64,000 bases of DNA from Flaccisagitta enflata (Eukaryota). Position numbers and translations under genes: made by a program. How positions within the stretch are numbered: the stretch's first letter is position 1; the number at the start of each line of letters is the position of its first letter. Where the stretch lies: positions 12,338,001 through 12,402,000 of the forward strand of contig OZ231126.1 of the NCBI GenBank assembly GCA_965153355.1, written 5' to 3'. Shown here piece after piece: positions 1 through 11,263 of this stretch. The notes under the pieces are model-generated. The model was not told the DNA's origin and did no database searches. It worked only from the letters and a program-made list of their open reading frames with translations.

Positions 1-250
1 AGTGGAAAAACGAGTGTTTTAGAAACTTTTGTGCATGCATGCTTGTGTGGGTAAGTTAGGGGAAGGGGTGAAGATGGGGGTTGGATGCCCCTGCCCAAAC
101 TTACGCAACGATATTGTGACCTCGCGTAACTTGTTTTTTGTCTTTCCTTGTTTTAGTCTTTCTTTCTTTCTCTGTGAAAATATTCTATCTTTCTTTCTGG
201 CTTTTCCCTCTGTCTTTTCTTTTTGTTTTGTTTCGTTTTCCTTTTTTTCC

Positions 251-422
251 TTTTTAGTTGCGGACACGCAACTCTATAAGAGGCTTTGTCCGTCCGTTGG
301 CCGGTCCGTTGGTCAGTCCGTTGGTCGGTCCGTTGGTGAGCACGAGTCGAAAAGTGGGAAAACGCGCATTTCCGCCCCTGCCCACCCGTCCGCAACTGAT
401 GGCCGTGTATCCGGCCTTGTTT
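251..422 (+). mobile_element. HINE/DINE-1-like non-autonomous Helentron (reference copy)
   Basis: TTTTAG start, subterminal inverted repeat gttgcggac...gtccgcaac, GTCC/GTCG microsatellite, 3' hairpin ggccgtgtatccggcc then TTGTT; sits in a T run without TSD. A partial relative occupies 1-136. Confidence 0.75.
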
Positions 423-751
423 TTTTCTCTTTCTCTCATTCATTCATTCATTCATTCATTCATTCATTCATTCATTCATTCATTCTCTTTGTTATCTTTT
501 TCTACATTTTTTCCAGAGCTGGGGACTGTACCACGCCTAACCTCCAAAGCCACCGATCCCTAGGTCTTATCTTATGCCCTTTGTACCTATTGGGTATTCC
601 GGCTCGGATTTACATGTAAATTCAAAGAAACGGTACTCGATTAGCGAATAGCGTGAACGCTCTACGACGCGACCTCATATAGAACTCGAAAAAGGCAACG
701 AAAAGTTTTGAGCGCGATATTGGACTAACTTTCCTCGATATTTACAAGCTA

Positions 752-1180
752 CACTCTCTTTTTTTAGTAGGGACAAAGTTTATAAGGACATGAGGCTGAA
801 ATTTTGCCAAAAATTAAGGACATTTTAAGGACAAAGCACAGCCTCAGATTTATACAAAAAAAATTTTTGATTCAAAATTTAGATTGTCTTACGCAACTTT
901 TTAAAGAAAATAATCATATTTATAGGAATTAATAGCATTCATTTTTACTCGATAATATAATATTTTAGTAAGAACAACTACAAAGCAATTATTGTCACAT
1001 TTAACTTGTACTTTCTTATATTGAACATCAGTTATTTTAATGCATATAACATGATCAAAAGAAAATCATAAGAAAATATTAAGGACATGCAAAGGACATT
1101 TCAGCTTGAAATTTGCAAAAATCTAAGGACATCCCAGCCGCAGAAAAAATTAACTGGTCCTTATATATAAAAAAAGAGTG
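752..1180. mobile_element. TA-flanked MITE (Tc1/mariner-type)
   Basis: TA|cactct(c)ttttttt ... aaaaaaagagtg|TA termini; repeated internal aaggaca motifs. Confidence 0.6.
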
Positions 1181-1360
1181 TAGGCGGTGTAATGATATCG
1201 AGTCCGGTTAACCTGTAAATGCCTTTTGGCGTGTAAAACCAATTTTTTTTTGCGCTTCCCCAATTTTCGTTTTATGTAGGATAATATTTTGGGACATCGT
1301 TTCTTTTTCTTTGTCATTGACTTGACTGATATTTTCTAATCTCATCTTTTTTTCTGTATT

Positions 1361-1453
<93 letters not shown>

Positions 1454-1474
1454 TTTTTTTTTTCTTCATTGCCC

Positions 1475-2055
1475 TTTTTGGGCAGCGGCCCCGAAGGGGA
1501 CGATGTCCTGTAGAACACAGGGGGACTTTCGTTCGTCCGTTCGTTCGTTCGTTCGTTCGTTCGTGCGTCCCCCCCAGGCCCTCTCAGGCCTGAAATCTGC
1601 CTTCTCAGGGCTGAAATCTACCCTCTCAGGCCTGAAATCTGCCCTCTCAGGCCTTTAATCTGCCCTCTCAGGCCTGAAATCTGCCCTCTCAGGTCTAAAA
1701 TCTGCCCTCTCAGGCCTTGAATCTGCCCTCTCAGGCCTGAAATCTTCCCTCCCAGATCTAAAATCCGCCCTTTCAGGCCCTCTCAGGCCCTCTCAGGCCT
1801 TATGTCTACCCTCCCAGCCTGTCTACCCTCTCAGCCTGAGAGGGCAGATTTTAGGCCTGAGAGGGAAGATTTCAGGCTTGAGAGGGCAGATTCAAGGCCT
1901 TGGGGAGACATAAGGACGAACGAAAGTCCCCCTGTGTTCTACAGGACATCGTCCCCTTCGGGGCCGCTGCCCTGCTTCCCCTCACTCCAATTCACAATCA
2001 GGCAAAGCAGGGCAACGGGTATCGCTGACCACATATTGCCCTTGGGCGACCTGTT
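1475..2055 (+). mobile_element. Long-IR HINE-like element with 21-bp minisatellite core
   Basis: 59-bp inverted repeat 1480-1538 / 1914-1972, (ctctcaggcctgaaatctgcc)n core, about 80-bp 3' tail ending ctgtt; other copies at 41164, 51623 (minus, partial) and 57429. Confidence 0.8.
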
Positions 2056-2714
2056 CTGTTTTCCACTCGGATTGACTTCCTGTGGGTATTTCTCAGTCCT
2101 GGTTGTCAGTAATTCAGTCCCTCTGCTAGGATATTCCTACTTGTCCTTCTCCTCCGTGTCCTTCTACTCCTTGTCCTTCTCCTCCTCCTTCTTGAACCTC
2201 ACCTCCTTCGCCTTCTTCTTCTCCTGTCCTTCGGTTGGATATTCTACTTGTCCCTCTCCACCTTCTCCCTCTCCTCCCTCTTCTCCCTCCCCTCCTTTTC
2301 TCCTTCATCCCCTTCTTCCCCCCTCTCCCTCCCCCTCTCCCTCCCCCCTCTCTTCGTCCTCATTCTTGTCATGTCCATGACGCAAAACATCAAATCAAAC
2401 TTTTTTCATTTTTGCCTCAGAAATTCGCGAAAACCAGAATGAGAAACACGAAAGAAAGTTCACCTGAGTGGAAACTTCCCAACGGCAGTGGATAAGCAAA
2501 CTGACGGTGGTTGGGAGATGAGGATTGGAGAGATGGGCTTCGGATTTGATGAAGATAGAGGAGGGAGAGGGGGACGATATAAGTTGATACTTGACAGTAA
2601 GAAAGGGGTTGTGGGTAAAGGAAACCTGGAAAACTCTTGATGCTCACGGACGGCGGGGCAGAAGCAGAAGTATTCTTCAAGGAACTTTCGACGTCTTTTA
2701 AGCGGTTTATTGAC

Positions 2715-2803
2715 TTAGGGTTAGGGGTGGGATTAGGGTTAGGGATTGGGTTGGGATTAGTTTTAGGGTTAGGGCTAGCGGTAGGGTTAGCGATAGTGCT
2801 AGG
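2715..2803 (+). repeat. Degenerate TTAGGG-like hexamer repeat
   Basis: ttagggttaggggtgggattagggttagggattgggttggg... Confidence 0.6.
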
Positions 2804-3160
2804 ATGGGCAAGATTTCACAATCTACATGTAACAGTCCGAATCAGCTCGAATTGAAGCATCGCTCGGGCGGATGATGCCGAAAAAAAAATTGTTGAACAT
2901 TGCCGGAGCAGAAAACCTCAAATGTCGGCTTTGTGACCAACACGGACCGAGCGTCTCACGGACTGACCTCAAGAACTTCGCTATAGAATCACATACTTAT
3001 CGAGTGCTTTGAGCGATATCATGTTGAAGTTGGGTTTACAAGACACTGCCCACATGGCGATGACTCTAGGGGATTTTTATACGAGGAAGTCTGTTTCTGC
3101 TCAGGAGATGGTTATCCAGGTACTTATTACACTTTTGTCAATTATCATCATTCATAAGTA

Positions 3161-3327
3161 AACAAGGCCGGATACACGGCCAATACCAGTCGCAGACGGG
3201 TGGGCAGGGGCGGCAATGTGTGTTTTCCCACTTTTCGACTCGAGCGTGACGGACCGACCAACCAACCAACCGACCGACCAACAGACGGACAAAGCCTCTT
3301 ATAGAGTCGCTAGTCCGCGACTAAAAA
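3161..3327 (-). mobile_element. HINE-like element
   Basis: aacaaggccggatacacggcc ... gtccgcgactaaaaa; reverse-orientation relative of 251-422. Confidence 0.75.
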
Positions 3328-3707
3328 GAAAAAAAATCACTTGTTGTCAACGATTTTTTTTTATAAACACCTCTTAAATACTGAATAGTCTTGTACATAG
3401 ATAATTAGATTATGCTAATCGCACCGAGTGCCGATGACTTTTTCCGTCCCGCCGCCCACTAAGTTTGGTGGCCGTTTCTACTATACTAGTGCAAATTATC
3501 ATAATGATTTTGTTATCGCTTTTGTAATTTTCTTTGCCCGCATTACCACATGGAGTTTCTTGACGCCTCTTGCCCAGTCACTAATGTGATTTTTATTGAT
3601 CATCATTAGTATATATACTGTTGCCAATGACTAGAATAAAATGCGGAGAAGTATAGCCATTTGAAAAGCAACAAGTTACGCTATCGATTACAAGACTAAC
3701 ATTTTTT

Positions 3708-3708
3708 C

Positions 3709-3807
<99 letters not shown>

Positions 3808-3817
3808 AACCACAACT

Positions 3818-3848
<31 letters not shown>

Positions 3849-3865
3849 CCACAACAACAACAACA
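3708..3865. repeat. (CAA)n microsatellite just upstream of exon 1
   Basis: Directly visible. Confidence 0.95.
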
Positions 3866-3952
3866 TTGATATCTACAATTACAATCATTTCAATTGTAAC
3901 AACAATCACGACAATGTTCCTTTCCATTTTCCTGAGCGGCCGATCAGCGTCG

Positions 3953-4019
3953 ATGTCACCGAGTTTGCTTTTATTTCTATCAATCTGCTTTTGGCTTTGC
4001 TGCGTTGCTGAGGCCCCTG
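3953..4019 (+). CDS. Predicted exon 1 (signal peptide) of the LRR-TM-pseudokinase-KEN-Ubl receptor
   Basis: ATG at 3953 encodes MSPSLLLFLSICFWLCCVAEAP (hydrophobic core, small-residue end), then G|GTGAGT donor at 4020 (phase 1). It matches the phase-1 acceptor at 7166. A second in-frame ATG lies at 3914. Confidence 0.75.
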
Positions 4020-4551
4020 GTGAGTCTTCGATCGAAAAGAAATCGCTCCAAATAGCAAACTCGTCTTCAACGGCTTCCTCAACTACTGTGACAGGTACAC
4101 CAACTTGTCATACAAGGTTAAAAAAGAAGTGTCTGTGCCTCTCTTTAGGTCTGTAACTCCATATGTCCGTCCAACCGTCACCGGAAGAGTCGCCTTTATT
4201 GGTACGATCAGGGCCCGGCAGAGGAATTCGAGGCCCCTATACAATCCAAAAATCCGCCCCCCCCCCGGTAGGCGCAATCGCCAGCTTGAATAGTAACATA
4301 TGCAGTCTTAGTATACATCACTTTTCTGTCTTTATACACTAAGCAAAGAGCTTGGTTTTGCACTTCCTTGAATCAGAGGCCTTAGTTTGTATTGAGCCTT
4401 TGACTTTTTTTTTCTTTTTTTTTTTTTTCTCCCTATTTTTCTGTTTTTTTTTCTCCCTTTTTTCTTTCTTTCCTCTTTGTTTCTATAACAATTAAGGGGG
4501 TATAGGTTGTATAGGCCTCTGCGGGTCTCCGTACGATCATACCAACATACA

Positions 4552-6022
4552 TTAGCGTTCAGGGTCCCCCGTACAAAATTTCTAAAAAAAAAGAAAGAAA
4601 AAAAATGTACCAATTTCAATTTTTTAATAGAGGGGTCTTAAAAAATGTGAAGAATCAGAATATCATGTTTGTTTTAGTCTAACTTGGGCCAAAAAAAATT
4701 AAAAACAGTTTTTAGTGCAAAAAACAGTTATTTTTGCCATAATATCAGTACTTATGTACAAAATTTCCATATTTCTTTTTAGTCGCGTGCACGCGAGTCT
4801 ACAACCCCCTCTGTCCGTCGGTTGGTCGGTCGGTTGGTTGGTCGGTTGGTCCGTCACACTTTACTTTTTTTTATGATTTTATTTCTTGGACCTCACTGCT
4901 CCTGCCCACGTTGTCTAGTGACCTCAAATATGGCCCCTGCCCACCCGCACGCGACTTCGGTAGCCGTGTATCCGGCCTTGTTTAGAAACACTACGTTCTT
5001 GTAGTAACTGATATTTGAGTGAATTTGTAATATTGGACTATAAGCCTAAGGGGCCTAAAAATGGCTTTAAAAAGCCCAAAAATGGGGAAATCAGTCAAAT
5101 TTCTAAAATCTTTGAAAAAAAAAGCATTGGAAACAGTGTATTTGGGTAAAAAACATGCCAGGTATGAATTTTATCCATCTCATACAAAAATTAGGGGCGT
5201 TATAAGTGAAAATACAAAACCACAATATGCAAATGAGATCATAGTTCAATTTTTGAAAAAATGGCGTATACAATTAAGAAACCTCACTTTTTAGTTGCGG
5301 ACACGCAACTCTATAAGAGGCTTTGTCCGTCCGTCGGTCGGTCCGGCGGTCGGTCCGTCGGTCGGTCCGTCGGTCCCTCGGTAACCATCGAGTCGAAAAG
5401 TGGGAAAACGCGTATTTCCGCCCCTGCCCACCCATCCGCAACTGATGGCCGTGTATCCCGCCTTGTTATGTGAGCTACTCTAGCTGCCACAAAAAAGGAC
5501 AATTCTACACTCTATAGGCGATTCTTTGAAAAATCAAACTTTAATCTTATTTGCATATTGCAGTTTTGCATTTTTCACTCATAACGCCCCTATTTCTTTT
5601 AGTAGATGGATGAAATTCATACCTGATATGTTTTTTACCCAATTACACTGTTTCCAATGCTTGTTTTTTTTTTAAATTATAAAAAATTTGAATGATTTCC
5701 TAATATTGGGGCTTTTTAAGCCATTTTTAGGCCCCTGATGCACACAGTACAATGTTACAAACTCACTCAAATATCAATCACTACAAGAACTTTGTGTTTC
5801 TAAAAAAAGAATTTGAAAATTTTATAGACAAGTACTGATTCTATAGCAGAAATAGCTGCTTTTAGCACTAAAAACCGTTTCTAATTTTTTTGGCCCAAGT
5901 TAGACCAAAATGAATATCATATTCTGATTCTACACCCTTTTTAAGACCCCTCTGTAATAAAATTGAAATTCATACATTTTTTGTCTTTCATCTTATTTTC
6001 AATGGGGGACCCTGACCGTTAG
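4552..6022. mobile_element. Foldback element in intron 1, with HINEs inserted at 4776-4983 and 5289-5467
   Basis: Arms of about 500 bp are imperfect reverse complements (cagggtccccc...agaggggtcttaaaaa...aacttgggccaaaaaaaatt vs aatttttttggcccaagtt...ttaagacccctct...gggggaccctga). Confidence 0.8.
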
Positions 6023-6258
6023 GCCGGGTTGTTTTCGAGAATAAAGGTTTATTTTTATTTCTCATTTTCCTCGCACGGCCTTTAAAAGAATGCAAAATGC
6101 AAAATAGCCGATTATATCAAAACACTAGTGGGTAGTTATCATTTTGTCACCAGTAAAAGCGGGTTTCGCCGCGCGGAAAAAAAAGTTGGAAGCCACTGAA
6201 CCACTGAACTAGACCTGTTGTCCTCAGTGAGCAACAACATCAGAGTGTAATCAATTTA

Positions 6259-6822
6259 CAGGGTGTTTCATGTCAAATTAGATGTAAGAAAACGATGCCA
6301 TTTTGCTTCTAAAAATGCAAAAGTAATTCTGAAAAAAGATTCAAAGAGCACTTAAGCTCCAATTTTTTGTGATAAGAATTTCATGGGTTTGGGTCAAATA
6401 TCTTGGCCTCAACATCAATTTGAAGTAAAATGTGCATTTAAAGGAGAAGCTCTTTTCACATAGTTTTGATTTTGAAAGTTTTTCTTTGAAGTGCTTTCAT
6501 TTTTAAATAACTTGAGCCACAGATGCCAGATCGGTCTCAAATTAAAGAAAATTTGATAAGCTTTAATCTGAGACCAATCTGGTAACTGTTTAGAAATGGT
6601 AGCACTTCAAAGAGGAACTTTGAAATCAAAATTGTGTTAAAAGAGCCTCTCTTTTAAATGCTTATTTTACTTCAAATTGATGTAGACAAGGTATTTGACC
6701 CAAACCCAAAAAAATTTTACAAAAAAAATGGAGCTTAAGTCCTCTTTTTTAGAACTATTTTTGCATTTTTAAAAATAGAATAGCATCGTTTTCTTATATC
6801 TATTTTGGCATGAAACACCATG
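6259..6822. mobile_element. Palindromic Tc1/mariner-type MITE in intron 1
   Basis: TA|cagggtgtttcatgtcaaa ... tttggcatgaaacaccatg; internal arms also pair. Confidence 0.75.
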
Positions 6823-6848
6823 TTTCAAGTTCCCCAACATCCTCCTAA

Positions 6849-7057
6849 AGCAAGGCCAAGACCCTCACGTGCGAGACTTACATTTAGAATGACTTAGAAT
6901 AACTTAGTATGACTGATTATATTCTTAAATAGCCTAAAATGAATTAAGATTGATAAAAAAAGTGTAATGGACAGACTGATTGACTGACAGACTGACAGAC
7001 AGATGTACGGATGGACAGACAAAGCAAGGTGTAGAGTCGCGTGCACGCGACTAAAAA
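6849..7057 (-). mobile_element. HINE-like element
   Basis: caaggccaa...gtagagtcgcgtgcacgcgactaaaaa. Confidence 0.7.
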
Positions 7058-7166
7058 TGGAAAACCATGTTTCTCTGGAATAAGTCAAAAAGTCGAAGAG
7101 AACTTTTTTTCCCATTACGCTATTGAGTGTTGCCATGTTTTTGGTACTCTTTTTTGTCACGGACAG

Positions 7167-10100
7167 ATGCAAGCTCTTATAATTTCAACAAAGAGGAATT
7201 TGGTTTCAATTCATCCATTGCGTTGCCCTCTTCAATGTCGTATCGCAATGACGCAAGCAACAATGATATTATTGATGACAAGAAGGATCAACTTCTTCAA
7301 AAAGAATGCCGCTTGTATTGTGGATTTGAACGTAGTTCACAGTACTACGACATTATATTGCATGACATTTATTGCCAACCATTACCGGATATAGAAGTTT
7401 GCAATTTGATGACACGGAAATCTCTGCGCGATTCCATTCGTACCCAGTTCCATATGTTACCATCATATGATTTTAGTCTTCTTTTGTGGGCGCCTAACCA
7501 TACAAGTTTTCCGCGATTAGAAGATGGATTCATGACGGACTTAGTTACAGCTGATAAAAGAGTTACTATTGTAGAGGTTCATATGGCAATGGAGAGACAT
7601 AATTCATCTTTCACAACCCAAATCGGTAATCACACTTTTGATGGTCAAAGAGATGGGCTTGAGCTTATTTATATTGATGGCATAGGTCTGGATTACATCG
7701 ATAGTGGCGCATTTTATGGAATCAGACAGCTGAAGAACTTTTATGCTGGTAACAATAGACTCACAGAATTAAGTTTCTCAATTTTTCAAGAAAACGAGGA
7801 ACTGGCGTTTTTAAACGTTTCTTACAACTTGATAACAAAATTAAATGTGCCTATTTGCCTAAAAAGTCTCTTAGAGCTTAGTCTGAAAAACAATCGATTG
7901 ACCTCGATAGAACTAAAAAAGCTTCCACAACTCCAATACCTTGATCTAAGAAATAATCAATTGACCTCAGCAAAACTTCAACAACTTCCAAATCTCGAAA
8001 GGCTTTATCTAGGCAATAATCAATTGACCTCAATAGAACTTCAACAATTTCCAAATCTCATGTTCCTTGGTCTACGCAAAAATCGATTGACCTCAGTAAA
8101 ACTTCAACAACTTCCAAAACTGGAATTTCTTTATCTATCCAATGGTCAATTGAATTCAACAGAAAGTACACTATGCGTGAATTGTCCCAAGCTCTCATTT
8201 TTGGACGTGTCAAATAATCTCATCAGTGAGATTTCCGAGGATGCGTTTACCAGCTTGTTCAATTTGCGAGTGTTAGATTTAAGCTTTAATAAAATCAAGT
8301 CCTTGGAGTTTACGACAAGGTTAAATCGTCTGGAACTTCTTACTTTGAAAAATAATCTACTTGAAAAAGATTGCAATATTTCATTAAACACCCAACCATT
8401 TCAAAGAACCAAAATATCAAAGCTTGTTTTGAGCTATAATAAGATACAAACAGTCCGTATCATTGATCAGAGCCATGAAATTAACCCGCAACCCGTAATC
8501 CATGAATTACATGTTGATAACAACCAAATTACATTAATTGAAACTACTCCTGGTATTACTGTTTTGAACATCACTTCCAATAACATGAGCTGGGTTGATT
8601 CTTCTGAGATGGTCAGGATGAACGAGATTCTATCTTTGTCAATATCGAACAATCCATGGGAGTGTTCTTGCGAGGATGAATACAAAAACTTAACAAAGTT
8701 TTTATTGCGCCATGGGCAGATACCCTGTGCTCCATCAAAGTGTCAATCTTCAACCAATGGTATCTCAACTGTAACCATTGGCTGCAATGATCAAGATTTG
8801 AACTCACTCCCCAAGTGTCTACCCTATGCAGAGGTAACGCTTAATTACGCTGGTTGTGGATTGAAACATTTGAGTTTCTCAAAACATCAAGAAAACATTG
8901 TCTCACTCAACCTTCGAGGAAATCAAATAATCAGTATAAATGGGTCTACTTTTCATTTTCTAAAAAAGTTGAACAGACTTGATTTAAGGAACAACAGCAT
9001 TAAAAGATTACCAATGGAGATAAAGCATCTGAATGACACTGTCATCTATTTAGCGGGTAACCCATTGGCCTGTGGTGACTGCAAAATGATACATTTGCTT
9101 TGGAATATTACAGGAACAACATACACTTGTGCAGACGGAAGTCATTTCAATTTTTTCAGAATTTATTTGTTGTGCCACCTTGATAAAATATTATCTGCTC
9201 TAACCAGTATCTTAATGCTTGCAATTCTTTTACATTGTACTTCCAAAATGAATAAAAGAAGAAAGTTGGGAAAACAATACAGCAAAAAGTACTTTCCTAA
9301 GCTTCATCTTGCTAAAGAAATGACTGTCTTTCAAAAAGAAAAAGAAATTCGCAAGCTCATCAACCATGAGCGAATAAGAGAATTAGGGGGTGTGTTCATC
9401 AGTAGAACAATCACATGTAGTACTACTGGCATTTTCCATCTGGAAAAAGTTGAGTGCAGCCTTCATGAATATTCAAAACACTCTTTCCCAGTTCATTATG
9501 ACTATTCAGAGCTTGCCAGGGATCTCCTTCAAGCAGTTGACTATCTACATGTAGAAAAAGGCATTGTCCATGGAAATATTGGACCCAAATCTACATTTCT
9601 TCAATTGGACAGCACAAATCGCCATTGGCGTCTAAAACTGGGAGACTTCAGCCAAGCTCATCATTCTGTTACCGATCCATCCATTGGGGATCCTTTGTTA
9701 TTAGTTTCAGGATTTGCCGACATTGAGGGCGGATGTAGTTGTTTGAAAGAAGATTTAAGATCAGCTGCAAGAGTCATTTTTTGTTTGATAAGTGGTAAGG
9801 AGAATGAAAATGGATTGACCCACAAAAACATTGAAAAAGTTTCAGATGTAGACTTTGCCATTATTTTGCTGTCTTTGTGTGCCGGTCTGTCAGCTGATAG
9901 GGCTCTTCAGCTACCACCATACTGCAAAATTGTTAGAAATCTTTCTTTTTTGACAATGCTGGACAAGAGCAGAATACAGAACATCACAGATCATGCAAAC
10001 TATGTTGAAGGAAAATCTTTATGGAGCACATCTGCTCCAATGATTATGAAAGAATTTGAAATTCTATCAAGTTGTTTGGAGGTAACAGCTCTCCCTTATA

Positions 10101-11263
10101 TCCTCCATATGGCTTACGATCTGTGTGACATCCCCTTGAATGAAATCAAGCTAATGAAACGGTTATTAGAGGAGGTCTGCTTGAAAAAACAAATCATTCA
10201 ACAGGGGCAATTAATTCCAGAGTCGTTCAAGCTTGTCACTGACAGGAATGGCAACTGGAAAACAAATTTCAAACCTACAGCAGTATCGCACCAAAAAGAT
10301 GAGGTGGATACATGTTGTTCAAAAGCCGCTGCATCCCTCATTGACTTTCTCATGAACTGGAAGATGAGGGAGGAAAAACTTCAAGTCCACGATTTCTTAG
10401 ATGATGTCCATGATTCATTCAAGCTTGAAACTTGTATTTTGATACTGTCACTGCAGGAGGGATTGTCACCACAAGAGGCCTTGTTCACCCCTCTTTTCCA
10501 ACATGAACTAACCCAGAAATCAATTCTAGAAGAATTGAACGCATTCTTGAAGCAGATCAAGTGCGAAAAGAGTAAGCAAAAAAATGACTATAGGGCGAGC
10601 ATTTTACTTGAAGATGTCGAAATAAATTCACCACTTGTCATTGGTGGGGAGGGCGCATGGAATGTCAAACTGGTACCAGAACTTCTCGAGGAATTTGCTT
10701 CAAACAAGGGATACAGATTCAACATCACCTCTTTTGCAGATCTACTCCGTATCATTCGAAACATGTTCCAACATGGACATGAGAATCCCATCGCGATGCA
10801 GGCAGCTTTTGGCACCACAAATCCTTCTCCCACACAAATGATGACAGAATTTTTTGGTCAATTTTCATTTCTCTACCTTCATTCTCTCAGTTGCTTTTCC
10901 AAGCTGTTTCCACCAAGGCCTGATTCTGTGCCGAAATTGTACATTGACACCTATGATAGATTTGAAAGCGTCATTTGCGCCCAAGGCATGCAGAATGGCA
11001 CCATCAAACCACTTAGGAAAGATGGCTTCATCACATTGTCTTTTGAGTCAGCAACAGACGTCAGTTTCATGGAAGTTATCACTTTGGAAGGCAACACGCG
11101 ATCTTGTGTTGATTTTATTGTTGATGTTGCACCTCGTCTTGCTCAGAAATCACAAGAACATTGGCAAGACATTCCATCAACATCTCTCGTAGTCAGATGT
11201 TTTGACAAGATCGTGGATGTTTCAAAAGCAGAAGCCTTGAGCTTGCCGTCGACTAGCAAAAAG
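7167..11263 (+). CDS. Main exon 2: Toll-like LRR ectodomain, TM helix, IRE1/RNase L-like pseudokinase, degenerate duplicate module, KEN ribonuclease domain
   Basis: Lies in the 1381-codon open frame 7127-11272. Many LxxLxLxxN repeats; NPWECSC at 8651; NPLACGDC at 9059; TM ILSALTSILMLAILLHC 9188-9238 followed by KMNKRRK; YLHVEKGIVHGN (9569) and LKLGDFS (9644); DLLRIIRNMFQH 10739-10774. Acceptor tctttttgtcacggacag|7167; donor AAG|GTGTGG at 11264. Confidence 0.93.
7870..8160 (+). repeat. Coding tandem repeat, 63-bp period (about five 21-aa LRRs)
   Basis: aatc(g/a)attgacctc recurs at 7892, 7955, 8018, 8081, with a diverged copy at 8144. Confidence 0.9.

Noticed and set aside
1575-1900. 21-bp repeats (also 41280-41610, 57540-57690) as CRISPR arrays or repeat proteins
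   Set aside because: Contiguous units without unique spacers, no cas genes, and located inside a dispersed eukaryotic element.
2715-2803. True telomere
   Set aside because: Short, degenerate and internal.
7127-7129. GTG start of the 1381-aa ORF
   Set aside because: ORF-finder alternative start directly after a TGA; a splice acceptor at 7166 and an upstream signal-peptide exon explain the N-terminus better.
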